Assembly (NCBI RefSeq): GCF_032444005.1
Contig: NC_091286.1
Location: 639,654,001 to 639,718,000, forward strand
Origin: Ranitomeya imitator
Taxonomy: Eukaryota
DNA: 64,000 bases
Direction: 5' to 3'
Positions within the stretch are counted from its first letter, which is position 1. The number at the start of each line of letters is the position of its first letter. The position numbers and the translations under genes were made by a program. Below are positions 35,340 through 47,079 of the stretch, piece after piece. The notes beneath the pieces were generated by a model. It searched no databases, had not been told where the DNA came from, and saw only the letters and a list, made by a program, of their open reading frames with translations.

Positions 35340-36760
35340 TAGTATCAGATCAGATAGACAGGGTGGACAGCAGTGTGAGCAGTCTCTCCTTACCTCAGCA
35401 TCCCTGGTATCTCCAGTATTAGATCAGACAGACATGGTGGACAGCAGTGTGAGCAGTCTCTCCTTACCTCAGCATCCCTGGTATCTCCAGTATTAGATCA
35501 GATAGACAGGGTGGACAGCAGTGTGAGCAGTCTCTCCTTACCTCAGCATCCCTGGTATCTCCAGTATTAGATCAGATAGACAGGGTGGATGGCAATATGG
35601 GGATTCTCTTCTCAGCTCAGCACTCCTGGTATTTCCAGTTTTAGATCAGATAGACAGGGTGGACAGCAGTGTGAGCAGTCTCTCCTTACCTCAGCATCCC
35701 TGGTATCTCCAGTATTAGATCAGACAGACATGGTGGACAGCAATGTGAGCAGTCTCTCCTTACCTCAGCATCCCTGGTATCTCCAGTATTAGATCAGACA
35801 GACATGGTGGACAGCAGTGTGAGCAGTCTCTCCTTACCTCAGCATCCCTGGTATCTCCAGTATTAGATCAGACAGACATGGTGGACAGCAGTGTGAGCAG
35901 TCTCTCCTTACCTTAGCATCCCTGGTATCTCCAGTATTAGATCAGACAGACATGGTGGACAGCAATGTGAGCAGTCTCTCCTTACCTCAGCATCCCTGGT
36001 ATCTCCAGTTTTAGATCAGATAGACAGGGTGGACAGCAGTGTGAGCAGTCTCTCCTTACCTCAGCATCCCTGGTATCTCCAGTATTAGATCAGATAGACA
36101 GGGTGGACAGCAATATGGGGAGTCTCTTCTCAGCTCAGCCCTCCTGGTATCTCCAGTGTAAGATCATATACACTGGGTGGACAACAATGTAAGTTGCCTC
36201 TTCTTACCTCAGCATCCCTGGTTTCTCCAGTATTAGATCAGATCGACAAGGAAGACAGCAGTATATGCTGCCTCTTCTTACCTAAGCACCACTAGTATCG
36301 TCAGTATTATATTAGATGGAAAGGTGAAGGATGGGGGTGTGAGCAGCCCCTTCTTACCTCAGTGCCCATGATATCTCCAGTATTAGATCAGATAGACATT
36401 GTGGGCAGCTGTGTGAGCAACATCTACTTACTTCAGCATCCTTGGTATCTCCAGTATGAGATCAGATAGACAGGGTGGACAGCAATGTGAGTAGCCTCCT
36501 CTTACTTCAGAACCCATGACCATGATATCTTCAGTATTAGGTCAGCTCGACATGGTGGACAGTGTGGTGTGAGCAGCCTCTTCTTATCTCAACACCCATG
36601 ATATCTCTAGTATTAGATCATATAGACAGGGTGGACAGCAATGGGAGGGGCCTCTTCTTACATCAGGACACCACTATTTCCAGTAATAGATCATGTAGGC
36701 AACAGTATGAACTGTCTTTTCTTACCTCAGCACTCTCAGTACCTCTACCAATCATCAGAA
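35340..36760. repeat. 74-bp minisatellite
   Basis: TCCCTGGTATCTCC recurs at 35401, 35475 and 35549; the array degenerates toward both ends. Confidence 0.95.
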
Positions 36761-37709
36761 CAAGGTTTTTACGCTAGCGCCTGGACTGTGTGGCATAAGC
36801 GTGGATCGCGGTACCACTGTGCTATGGACCTGTGAGAGCATGGAGGGGTGTGACTAAGTACTACCTCCCTAAAACTGACCCCGGATGCACAGCAACTGAT
36901 GGTGCAACGATATGAGGAGAGCTAGTTAAGGAGAGACCAGGCGCTACACCAGGACTGACCTCAGTCACTCAATGAGATATGAAGGTGCTGGGGGACATGA
37001 CTGCTAGGCAGACAGGCAGGTGTAGAGCACAGTTCAGAAAGTATGGACAGGAGCGGTTTCAGGGACAACTGGGTCTCTGGCTATGGGGTATTGAACTGCA
37101 AGTGAGGACAGACAGGCAACCACCAATGCGGACAGACAGGGGACCGCATACGAGAACAGACAAGACGGAACTCTGTTAACAAGGAGTAGTTAGGGTCAGG
37201 TTCACACAAGACGCGCATGCAAGGATAGGAATGGACAAGACAAACTAGAACAAGTTCACATAGGGTACTTACAATGAAGTACAAGTGTACTCACTAAACG
37301 CTAATGTTGCACAGCGAACACAGATTAGAGATATGCACCAGGGCTGGACTGGCCATCTGGCAATTCTGGCAAATGCCAGAAAGGCCTGTCTGGTCATGTG
37401 CTGCCTTGTCTCCTACGTTGTTAACAGAATCTGTGTTCTAAAGATACCCATACTGTTTAGAGTTGTGATGGAGCACAAAGTTGCTTATTCCATCACCTAC
37501 CCCAGCAGGCCATGGGTATCATTAGAAATATTGGTCTTGTTGTAAATCCTGCTTTCCTCCATACAGGGTAACATTAGTAATATATCCCATCTGATTCATG
37601 GGGACGGGGACAACATGGGCCTGTGTGATTTCAAATGCCAGGACTGAATTTCAGCCCCAGTCCGTACCTGATAGGCACTCTTTCAGACACTGCAGGCTTT
37701 AGTGATAGG

Positions 37710-38504
37710 CAAGTAAATAAGGCAGCACACTGCAGCGCTAAAATATGCAAACATGAAACACGAAAATTGAACTGCATTACTGCACTAGAAATATGAAAAA
37801 TGAGAGCGTTTAGCGCATAAAAATTGCTAATTTTATGTGTACCTGGTAGCCACATTAGGGCATCTCTCTTATACCAGGTCCTACACTTGCCTTTCCTCGC
37901 TGAGAATAAACGTCTCCATCTGAATGGGTATCTGTGAAACCTCTTCTTAGACTAAAATTCTCAATGTGCTGCCTTATTTACTTGACTATATACGAGTTGG
38001 CAACTCTAGGTTCAGCACCTGTTCACACTTAGTCTATGTTTGGATGTGCCGGTCAGTCTTTTGAAATGTATTCTTTAGCCTTCTGATCGAGCACTCCGCC
38101 TCCTAGCCACAGGTGTTTTAATTACAGCAGGTCCATTACCCCTCCATATAGAAAGAGAATTTTAGTCTAAGAAGAGGTTTCACAGGTACCCATTCAGATG
38201 GAGACGTTTATTCTCAGCGAGGAAAGGCAAGCGTAGGACCTGGTATAAGAGAGATGCCGTAAAGTGGCTAACAGGTACACAAAAAATTGGCCATTTTTAT
38301 GCGCTAAACGCTCTCCTTTTTCATATTCCTAGTGCAGTAATGCAGTTCAATTTTCGTGTTTCATGTTTGCATATTTTAGCGCTGCAGTGTGCTGCCTTAT
38401 TTACTTGATTATATACGAGTTGGCAACTCTAGGTTCAGCACCTGTTCACACTTAGTCTATGTTTGGATGTGACGGTCAGTCTTTTGAAATGTATTCTTTA
38501 GCCT
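37710..38504. mobile_element. Fold-back insertion with Penelope-like pseudo-LTR architecture
   Basis: 12-bp TSD TTTAGTGATAGG (37698-37709 and 38505-38516). Inverted arms at 37710-37962 and 38155-38407; direct repeat at about 37965-38082 and 38388-38504. Confidence 0.7.
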
Positions 38505-39030
38505 TTTAGTGATAGGAACAGGTTCAGACACTGCAGGCTTTAGGGATAGGAACCGGTTCAGACACTGCAGGTTTTAGGGATAGGAACAGGTTCAGACACT
38601 ACAAGTTTTAGTAATAGGTACAGGATCAGACACTACAGGTTTTAGTAATAGGTACAGGATCAGACACTACAAGTTTTAGTAATAGGTACAGGATCAGACA
38701 CTACAGTTTTTAGTAATAGGTACAGGATCAGACACTACAGGTTTTAGTAATAGGTACAGGATCAGACACTACAGTTTTTAGTAATAGGTACAGGATCAGA
38801 CACTACAGTTTTTAGTAATAGGTACAGGATCAGACACTACAGTTTTTACACTACAGGTTTTAGTAATAGGTACAGGATCAGACACTACAGTTTTTAGTAA
38901 TAGGTACAGGATCAGACACTGCAGGCTTTAGTAATAGGTACAGGTTCAGACACTGCAGATTTTAAAGATAGGAGCAGGTTCAGAAACTGCAGGTTTTAGG
39001 GTTAGGAAAAGGTTCTGAAACTGCAGGTAT
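38505..39030. repeat. 34-bp minisatellite (first unit left of 37710)
   Basis: Unit TAGTAATAGGTACAGGATCAGACACTACAGGTTT, recurring at 34-bp spacing (38644, 38678, 38712). Confidence 0.95.
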
Positions 39031-39043
39031 AGAGAAAGATGCA

Positions 39044-39546
39044 ATAGTGAAGTATATCGTGGCACAGCTGTGTCGGTGCTCAAGAGAGGTTTCCCACACC
39101 AGTAATCATATAGTAGATAAATTACTTGGCACTCAACTAAGTGGATGGTGATGATAAAGAAAATCAAAATTTATTACTTTGAGTAGCAGTCCAGCAAAAT
39201 AAACGTTTCGGTCAAACATTAAGACCTTCTTCAGTAAACTGCATAAATATGTGACAGAACGTGACAATTACAATGTCGAAAAAATAAATTATTAACAAAA
39301 GAGTAAATCTCATAGTCTAGATATGTGATGGGTGGGAAGGAAGGAAAGAGAGGTAGGGAAGAGATTTTTTTACATACCCGACTGCTGGTGTGATGGAGTA
39401 TATAGGGCACTTATATATGTATGATTTATTTTTTATTTAATGTTTGACCGAAACGTTTATTTTGCTGGACTGCTACTCAAAGTAATAAATTTTGATTTTC
39501 TTTATCATCACCATCCACTTAGTTGAGTGCCAAGTTATTTATCTAC
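39044..39546. mobile_element. 0.5-kb fold-back insertion, Penelope-like terminus
   Basis: 14-bp TSD TAGAGAAAGATGCA (39030-39043 and 39547-39560). Inverted arms at about 39111-39222 and 39437-39548. Confidence 0.75.
39190..39245 (-). ncRNA. Hammerhead ribozyme-like motif (minimal, type I-like)
   Basis: Minus strand reads CUGAAGA-A-GGUC-uuaauguuu-GACC-GAAAC-GUUU: core boxes CUGANGA and GAAA flanking a 4-bp stem II, followed by the palindrome AAACGUUU. Stem I pairing is imperfect. Confidence 0.55.
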
Positions 39547-40600
39547 TAGAGAAAGATGCAGGCATGGATACAAACAGGTTTAGGGGTAGGTCCTAATTCA
39601 GAGAAGGACAGACACAGGGTTCAGGCCTGGGTACTAAGCCCTCAGGGTGGCGGACACAGGAAAGGACCGGGCACACACACACACACACACGCAAGCAGAG
39701 GACATGGAACTCACTATATGGACTTGAGTGGTGAGTAAGTTGGTGTCCCTGCGTGGTGGGGGATGGGAAGCCATGCAGAGATACCGGCAGGGATGTTACA
39801 CAAGGCCTTCATGTAGCCAGTTCTCCCCTGGTCACAGCACTGTGGGCAGTAATAGTGAATGAAACAGTCACGTATGTACCACTTTATTCATTGCCCATGG
39901 GTGTGGCAGTGATAGCCATGCACAGATATGTTCTGTAGACTGGATTACCCTTTTAAGGTTAACAGGAGTTACAACAAGTCATATCTACTGTATAAACATA
40001 CAGTGCATTCATATATAACTTTGGTTCAGTGACCAAATAAAATAACTTTGTGAGAACGTTCACAATCGGCGCCACACCTTCCGAAAACTGCACTAACACC
40101 CAGCTTTCAGGACGAGGCGTGATGCAAACTGTCAAGTGTACGAGCCATAAGGTAGCTGCAGAGGAAAAACATTTGGATTAGTTCCTTCTTCTGTAGTGCC
40201 AATTCAGAAAGACAGCGCGCATACCTGCCTGTCTGCGGTCACAATACCTGGGCAAATAAACATTGCGTCAAGGCGTACTGCTTTCATCACCTGCAACATG
40301 CCACGCTCAATGGAAACCCAATCATCAGATCATATTTTTTTTTTTCTCAAGGAAATACTTATAATAAAATAGATAGAAATCGGTAACGTACTCCAATATA
40401 TGTCATTGCACATATTAAATCAGCTTTATGAATCACATTGTCTGCTCCTTGGGATGAATAAAATCGTTTGTTCATCCCAAGAATGAAATATATTTAACCC
40501 TATAACAACTGAAAAGTCCTAGTACGGCACTGTAAATTTACTGTGTGCGGTTAAAGTTCCCGCTCCTTCAATCTAGCAGGATCAAGGAATAAGCCAGAAG

Positions 40601-40970
40601 CCGTGTGAAAGACTGGTGGAAGGCATGGCAAGACGCATGAAAGCTGTGATTAAAAATCATGGTTATTCCACAAAATATTGATTTCTGAACTCTTCCTGAG
40701 GTAAAACATTAGTATTGTTGTTACAAAATGATTATGAACTTGTTTTCTTTGCATTATTCGAGGTCTGGAAGCACTGGGTTTTTTTTTAATTTTGACCATT
40801 TGTCCTTTTCAGAAAAAAAATACAAAATTTATTGCTTGAAACTTCGGAGACATGTTGTCAGAAGTTTATAGAATAAAATAATTTACATTTTACTCACAAA
40901 TATACCTATAAAGAGAAAAATCAGACAAACTGAACATTTTGCAGTGGTCTCTTAATTTTTCCCAGAGATG
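40601..40970 (+). mobile_element. 3' fragment of a Tc1 element (transposase C-terminus plus probable TIR)
   Basis: Reads CERLVEGMARRMKAVIKNHGYSTKY*, a typical Tc1 C-terminus. Right boundary approximate. Confidence 0.7.
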
Positions 40971-41261
40971 TATTGTAAGCTGCTAATCTACAGGACAATC
41001 AATATGTGCAAGGATCCAGTTGGCAAGGGGGACCGCTACTTCTTCAGAAACAGGTTCATATAGTTATAAGCAGTAGTGTAACTTATAGGTTAAGGACATG
41101 GAAAATGATTGTATGTATGCTACTGTGTTATATTTTTTTTTAATAAAATTGTACAAGTTTCAGCCTGCAATCTTCATCCCTTTATCATTTTTCAGGCCTC
41201 CTGATACGTAGTTTGCAGTCGGATCAAAATTTCAAATTGTTTCCTTGTGAGAGTATCTCTC

Positions 41262-44205
41262 CCAGTAATATAGGCTGGATGTGAGCTCTGTGTGTATTTC
41301 CCAGTAATATGGGCTGGATGTGAGGTCTGTGTGTTTTTGCCAGTAATATAGGCTGGATGTGAGCTCTGTGTGTATCTTCCAGTAATAAAGGCTGGATGTG
41401 AGCTCTGTGTGTATTTTCCAGTAATATAGGCTGGATGCGAGCTCTGTGTGTATTTACCGGTAATATAGGCTGGATGTGAGGTCTGTGTGTATTTCCCATT
41501 AATATAGTCTGGATGTGAGGTCTGTGAATTTTTCCCAGTAATATAGGCTGGATGTGAGGTCTGTGTGTATTTCCCATTAATACAGGCTGGATGTGAGCTC
41601 TGTGTGTATTTACCGGTAATATAGGCTGGATGGGAGCTCTGTGTTTATTTGCCGGTAATATAGGCTGGATATGAGCTTTGTGTGTATTTCTCAGTAATAT
41701 AGGCTGGATATGAGCTCTGTGTGTATTTCCCAGTAATATAGGCTGGATGTGAGCTCTGTGTATATGTCCCAGTAATATAGGCTGGATGTGATCTCTGTGT
41801 GTATTTCACAGTAATATAGGCTGGATGTGATCTATGTGTGTATTTCCCAGTAATATAGGCTGGATGTCATCACTGTGTTTATTTCCCAGTAATATAGGCT
41901 GGACATTAGCTATGTGAATATTTCATAGTAATATAGGCTGGATGTGATCTCTGTGTGTATTTCCCAGTAATATACGCTGGATGTGATCTCTGTGTGTATT
42001 TCCCAGTAATATAGGCTGGATGTGATCTCTGTGTGTATTTTCCAGTAATAAAGGCTGGATGCGAGCTCTGTGTGTATTTTCCAGTAATAAAGGCTGGATG
42101 TGAGGTCTGTGTGTTTTTGCCAGTAATATAGGCTGGATGTGAGCTCTGTGTGTATTTTCCAGTAATAAAGGCTGGATGCGAGCTCTGTGTGTATTTCCCA
42201 GTAATATAGGCTGGATGTGAGGTCTGTGTGTTTTTGCCAGTAATATATGCTGGATGTGAGCTCTGTGTGTATTTTCCAGTAATAAAGGCTGGATGCGAGC
42301 TCTGTGTGTATTTTCCAGTAATATAGGCTGGATGCGAGCTCTGTGTGTATTTACCGGTAATATAGGCTGGATGTGAGGTCTGTGTGTTTTTGCCAGTAAT
42401 ATAGGCTGGATGTGAGCTCTGTGTGTATTTTCCAGTAATAAAGGCTGGATGCGAGCTCTGTGTGTATTTTCCAGTAATATAGGCTGGATGCGAGCTCTGT
42501 GTGTATTTACCGGTAATATAGGCTGGATGTGAGCTCTGTGTGTATTTTCCAGTAATAAAGGCTGGATGTGAGCTCTGCGTGTATTTACAGGTAATATAGG
42601 CTGGATGTGAGGTCTGTGTGTATTTCCCAGTAATATAGGCTGGATGTGAGGTCTGTGTGTATTTCCCATTAATACAGGCTGGATGTGAGCTCTGTGTGTA
42701 TTTACCGGTAATATAGGCTGGTTGGGAGCTCTGTGTTTATTTGCCGGTAATATAGGCTGGATATGAGCTTTGTGTGTATTTTTCAGTAATATAGGCTGGA
42801 TATGAGCTCTGTGTGTATTTCCCAGTAATATAGGCTGGATGTGATCTATGTGTATATGTCCCAGTAATATAGGCTGGTTTTGATCTCTGTGTATATTTCA
42901 CAGTAATATAGGCTGGATGTGAGCTCTGTGTGTATTTTCCAGTAATAAAGGCTGGATGCGAGCTCTGTGTGTATTTTCCAGTAATATAGGCTGGATGCGA
43001 GCTCTGTGTGTATTTACCGGTAATATAGGCTGGATGTGAGCTCTGTGTGTATTTTCCAGTAATAAAGGCTGGATGTGAGCTCTGCGTGTATTTACAGGTA
43101 ATATAGGCTGGATGTGAGGTCTGTGTGTATTTCCCAGTAATATAGGCTGGATGTGAGGTCTGTGTGTATTTCCCATTAATACAGGCTGGATGTGAGCTCT
43201 GTGTGTATTTACCGGTAATATAGGCTGGTTGGGAGCTCTGTGTTTATTTGCCGGTAATATAGGCTGGATATGAGCTTTGTGTGTATTTTTCAGTAATATA
43301 GGCTGGATATGAGCTCTGTGTGTATTTCCTAGTAATATAGGCTGGATGTGATCTATGTGTATATGTCCCAGTAATATAGGCTGGTTTTGATCTCTGTGTA
43401 TATTTCACAGTAATATAGGCTGGATGTGATCTATGTGTGTATTTCCCAGTAATATAGGCTGGATGTCATCACTGTGTTTATTTCCCAGTAATATAGGCTG
43501 GATGTGATCTCAGTGTGTATTTCCCAGTAATATAGGCTGGATGTGATCTATGTGTGTATTTCCCAGTAATATAGGCTGGACATGAGCTCTGTGTGTAGTT
43601 CCCAGTAATATAGACTGGATGTGATCTCTGTGTGTTTTTCCCAGTAATATAGGCTGGACATGGGCTCTGTGAGGATTTCCCAGTAATATAGGCTGGATGT
43701 GATCTCTGTGTATATTTCCCAGTAATTTAGGCTGGATGTGATCTCTGTGTGAATTTCCCAGTAATATAGGCTGGATGTGAGGTCTGTGTGTCTCTCTCAG
43801 TAATATAGGCTGGATATGATCTCTGTGTGTATTTCCCAGTAATATAGGCTGGATGTGAGGTCTCTGTGTCTCTCTTAGTAATATAGGCTGGATATGATCT
43901 CTGTGAGTATTTTCCAGTAATATAGGCTGGATGTGAGAGCTCTGTGTGTATTTCCCAGTAATATAGGCTGGATATGAGCTCTGTGTGTATTTCCCAGTAA
44001 TATAGGCTGGATGTGATCTCTGCGTGTATTTCCCAGTAATATAGGCTGGATGTGAGGTATGTGTGTCTCTCTCAGTAATATAGGCTGGATATGATCTCTG
44101 TGTGTATTTCCCAGTAATATAGGCTGGATGTGAGGTCAGTGTGTATTTCCCAGTAATATAGGCTGGATATCAGCTCTGTGTGTATTTCCCAGTAATATGG
44201 GCTGA
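41262..44205. repeat. 39-bp minisatellite, about 75 units, with internal block duplications
   Basis: Unit GTAATATAGGCTGGATGTGAGCTCTGTGTGTATTTCCCA. The rare variant block TTCCCATTAATACAGG recurs near 41570, 42663 and 43171. Confidence 0.97.
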
Positions 44206-45044
44206 ATGTGAGCTCTGTGTGTATATATGTTGATGCTGTCTTCACTGCTCATAAATCAGTACAGCTTCTGTCTTTCACTTATGTTTTCTTCAAGTACTTT
44301 ACTCCTTTTTCAAAACCTTTTTTTTCTATGCCCTGCCTGAGATACTTTCTCCCTTTTCCAGTGTACATGCTGCTCCTCCACCATGCTGTTATTTCTAACA
44401 CTGCAAGAGGAGAGGGTGAGAATGGAGAGCCATTAGAACTAAGAATAAGGACTCCATGCAACATTTTTGCATAAGCAGACAGCTAGATAAGAGTTACCGA
44501 TGCTCCGCAGCAGTGAAATGGGAGAACATTTTTAATGAAGACTTAAGAATGCTGCTTAACTTTTGCATTTAGTATGTAAATGAAGAATAAAAAAAATGAG
44601 TGTGAAGGTATAGATGGCTGACTCCAATGCAAAATCTCCATATGGACCCCAATTATTTGGGCTTTTAATTGTAATGATCTTATTATGTGAATCTACAAGA
44701 TCTTTTGAAGGCCCAGGGCCCAGATCTAACTGCAACCCTTGCACCACAATAGTTTTGTCCCTGGATTTCTGTTTGAAGAGACCCATAAACTGTTCTGGCA
44801 AAAGTGCTCTTTGCCATATGTGTCTCCTCTGCTCCTTTTTGAGAAAGTAACAATTAGAGAACATAGTTAAAGGGGGATTCCAGTTTTGTAAACAACACTC
44901 GATTAGTGTATAGATGAAAAGGTCTAAAATGTTTTATCAGAGGCGGCAGACATGTACATGTATAGTCCTGCTCTCAGCTGAGCAGTGGATACTCTGTAAG
45001 TGCTACAATGTATCGATGCCACAATGTATGGGTGCTATAATGTA

Positions 45045-46574
<1,530 letters not shown>

Positions 46575-47079
46575 TATCACTGCTACAATGCATCGGTGCT
46601 ACAATGTGTCTGTGCTACAATGTATCATTCTGCTTAGGTCAAAGGCTTTTCCGTCCGAGCTGTTTAGCTCACAAAGGATTGGATACAATTGTATGAATTT
46701 CAAAGCTTAGAATAAAACTACTTGTGCACAAGTTTGCAGTCTGTGAAATTAGAACTGTATTCAGTGTTCACCAAAGAAAACAGAGATGTTGAAAGTGTAA
46801 AAGAGCAACTAAACCTTCATCTTTCATAATTTTGCAAAGAATAGAAAATTGTGACATTTTGCAAAACACTTTTTAGGGGATTTTTTTTTTACTCCTGTAA
46901 AAAAATGCACGTAAGCGTCTTCCAGATCTTTGCTTTTTCCCCAGTCTATTTGCCTATTTGTCATCAGCCGCACCGATAGGGGAATGTATTCATTTGGAGT
47001 ACAGATGCTGGCAGAAAAATAGTTGTGCTTATCAGAATAATAGCAGCAGCTTATCCCAAGAGACAAGAGATAGTGAGAC

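Noticed and set aside
36770-37280. LTR-like segments here and at about 60430-60885
   Set aside because: Composition is suggestive, but no termini, TSD or partner repeat could be fixed.
41224-43176. 117-248-aa ORFs of HIQPILL repeats as genes
   Set aside because: A by-product of a 39-bp unit lacking stops in one frame; no splice or start context seen.
44279-44410. Minus-strand polypyrimidine tract and AG at about 44405 suggesting an exon
   Set aside because: No recognisable product and no partner exons found.
44614-44850. 78-aa ORF resembling a signal peptide plus Cys-rich mature peptide
   Set aside because: Short, no recognised family, and the DNA looks like repeat-derived sequence; composition can arise by chance.
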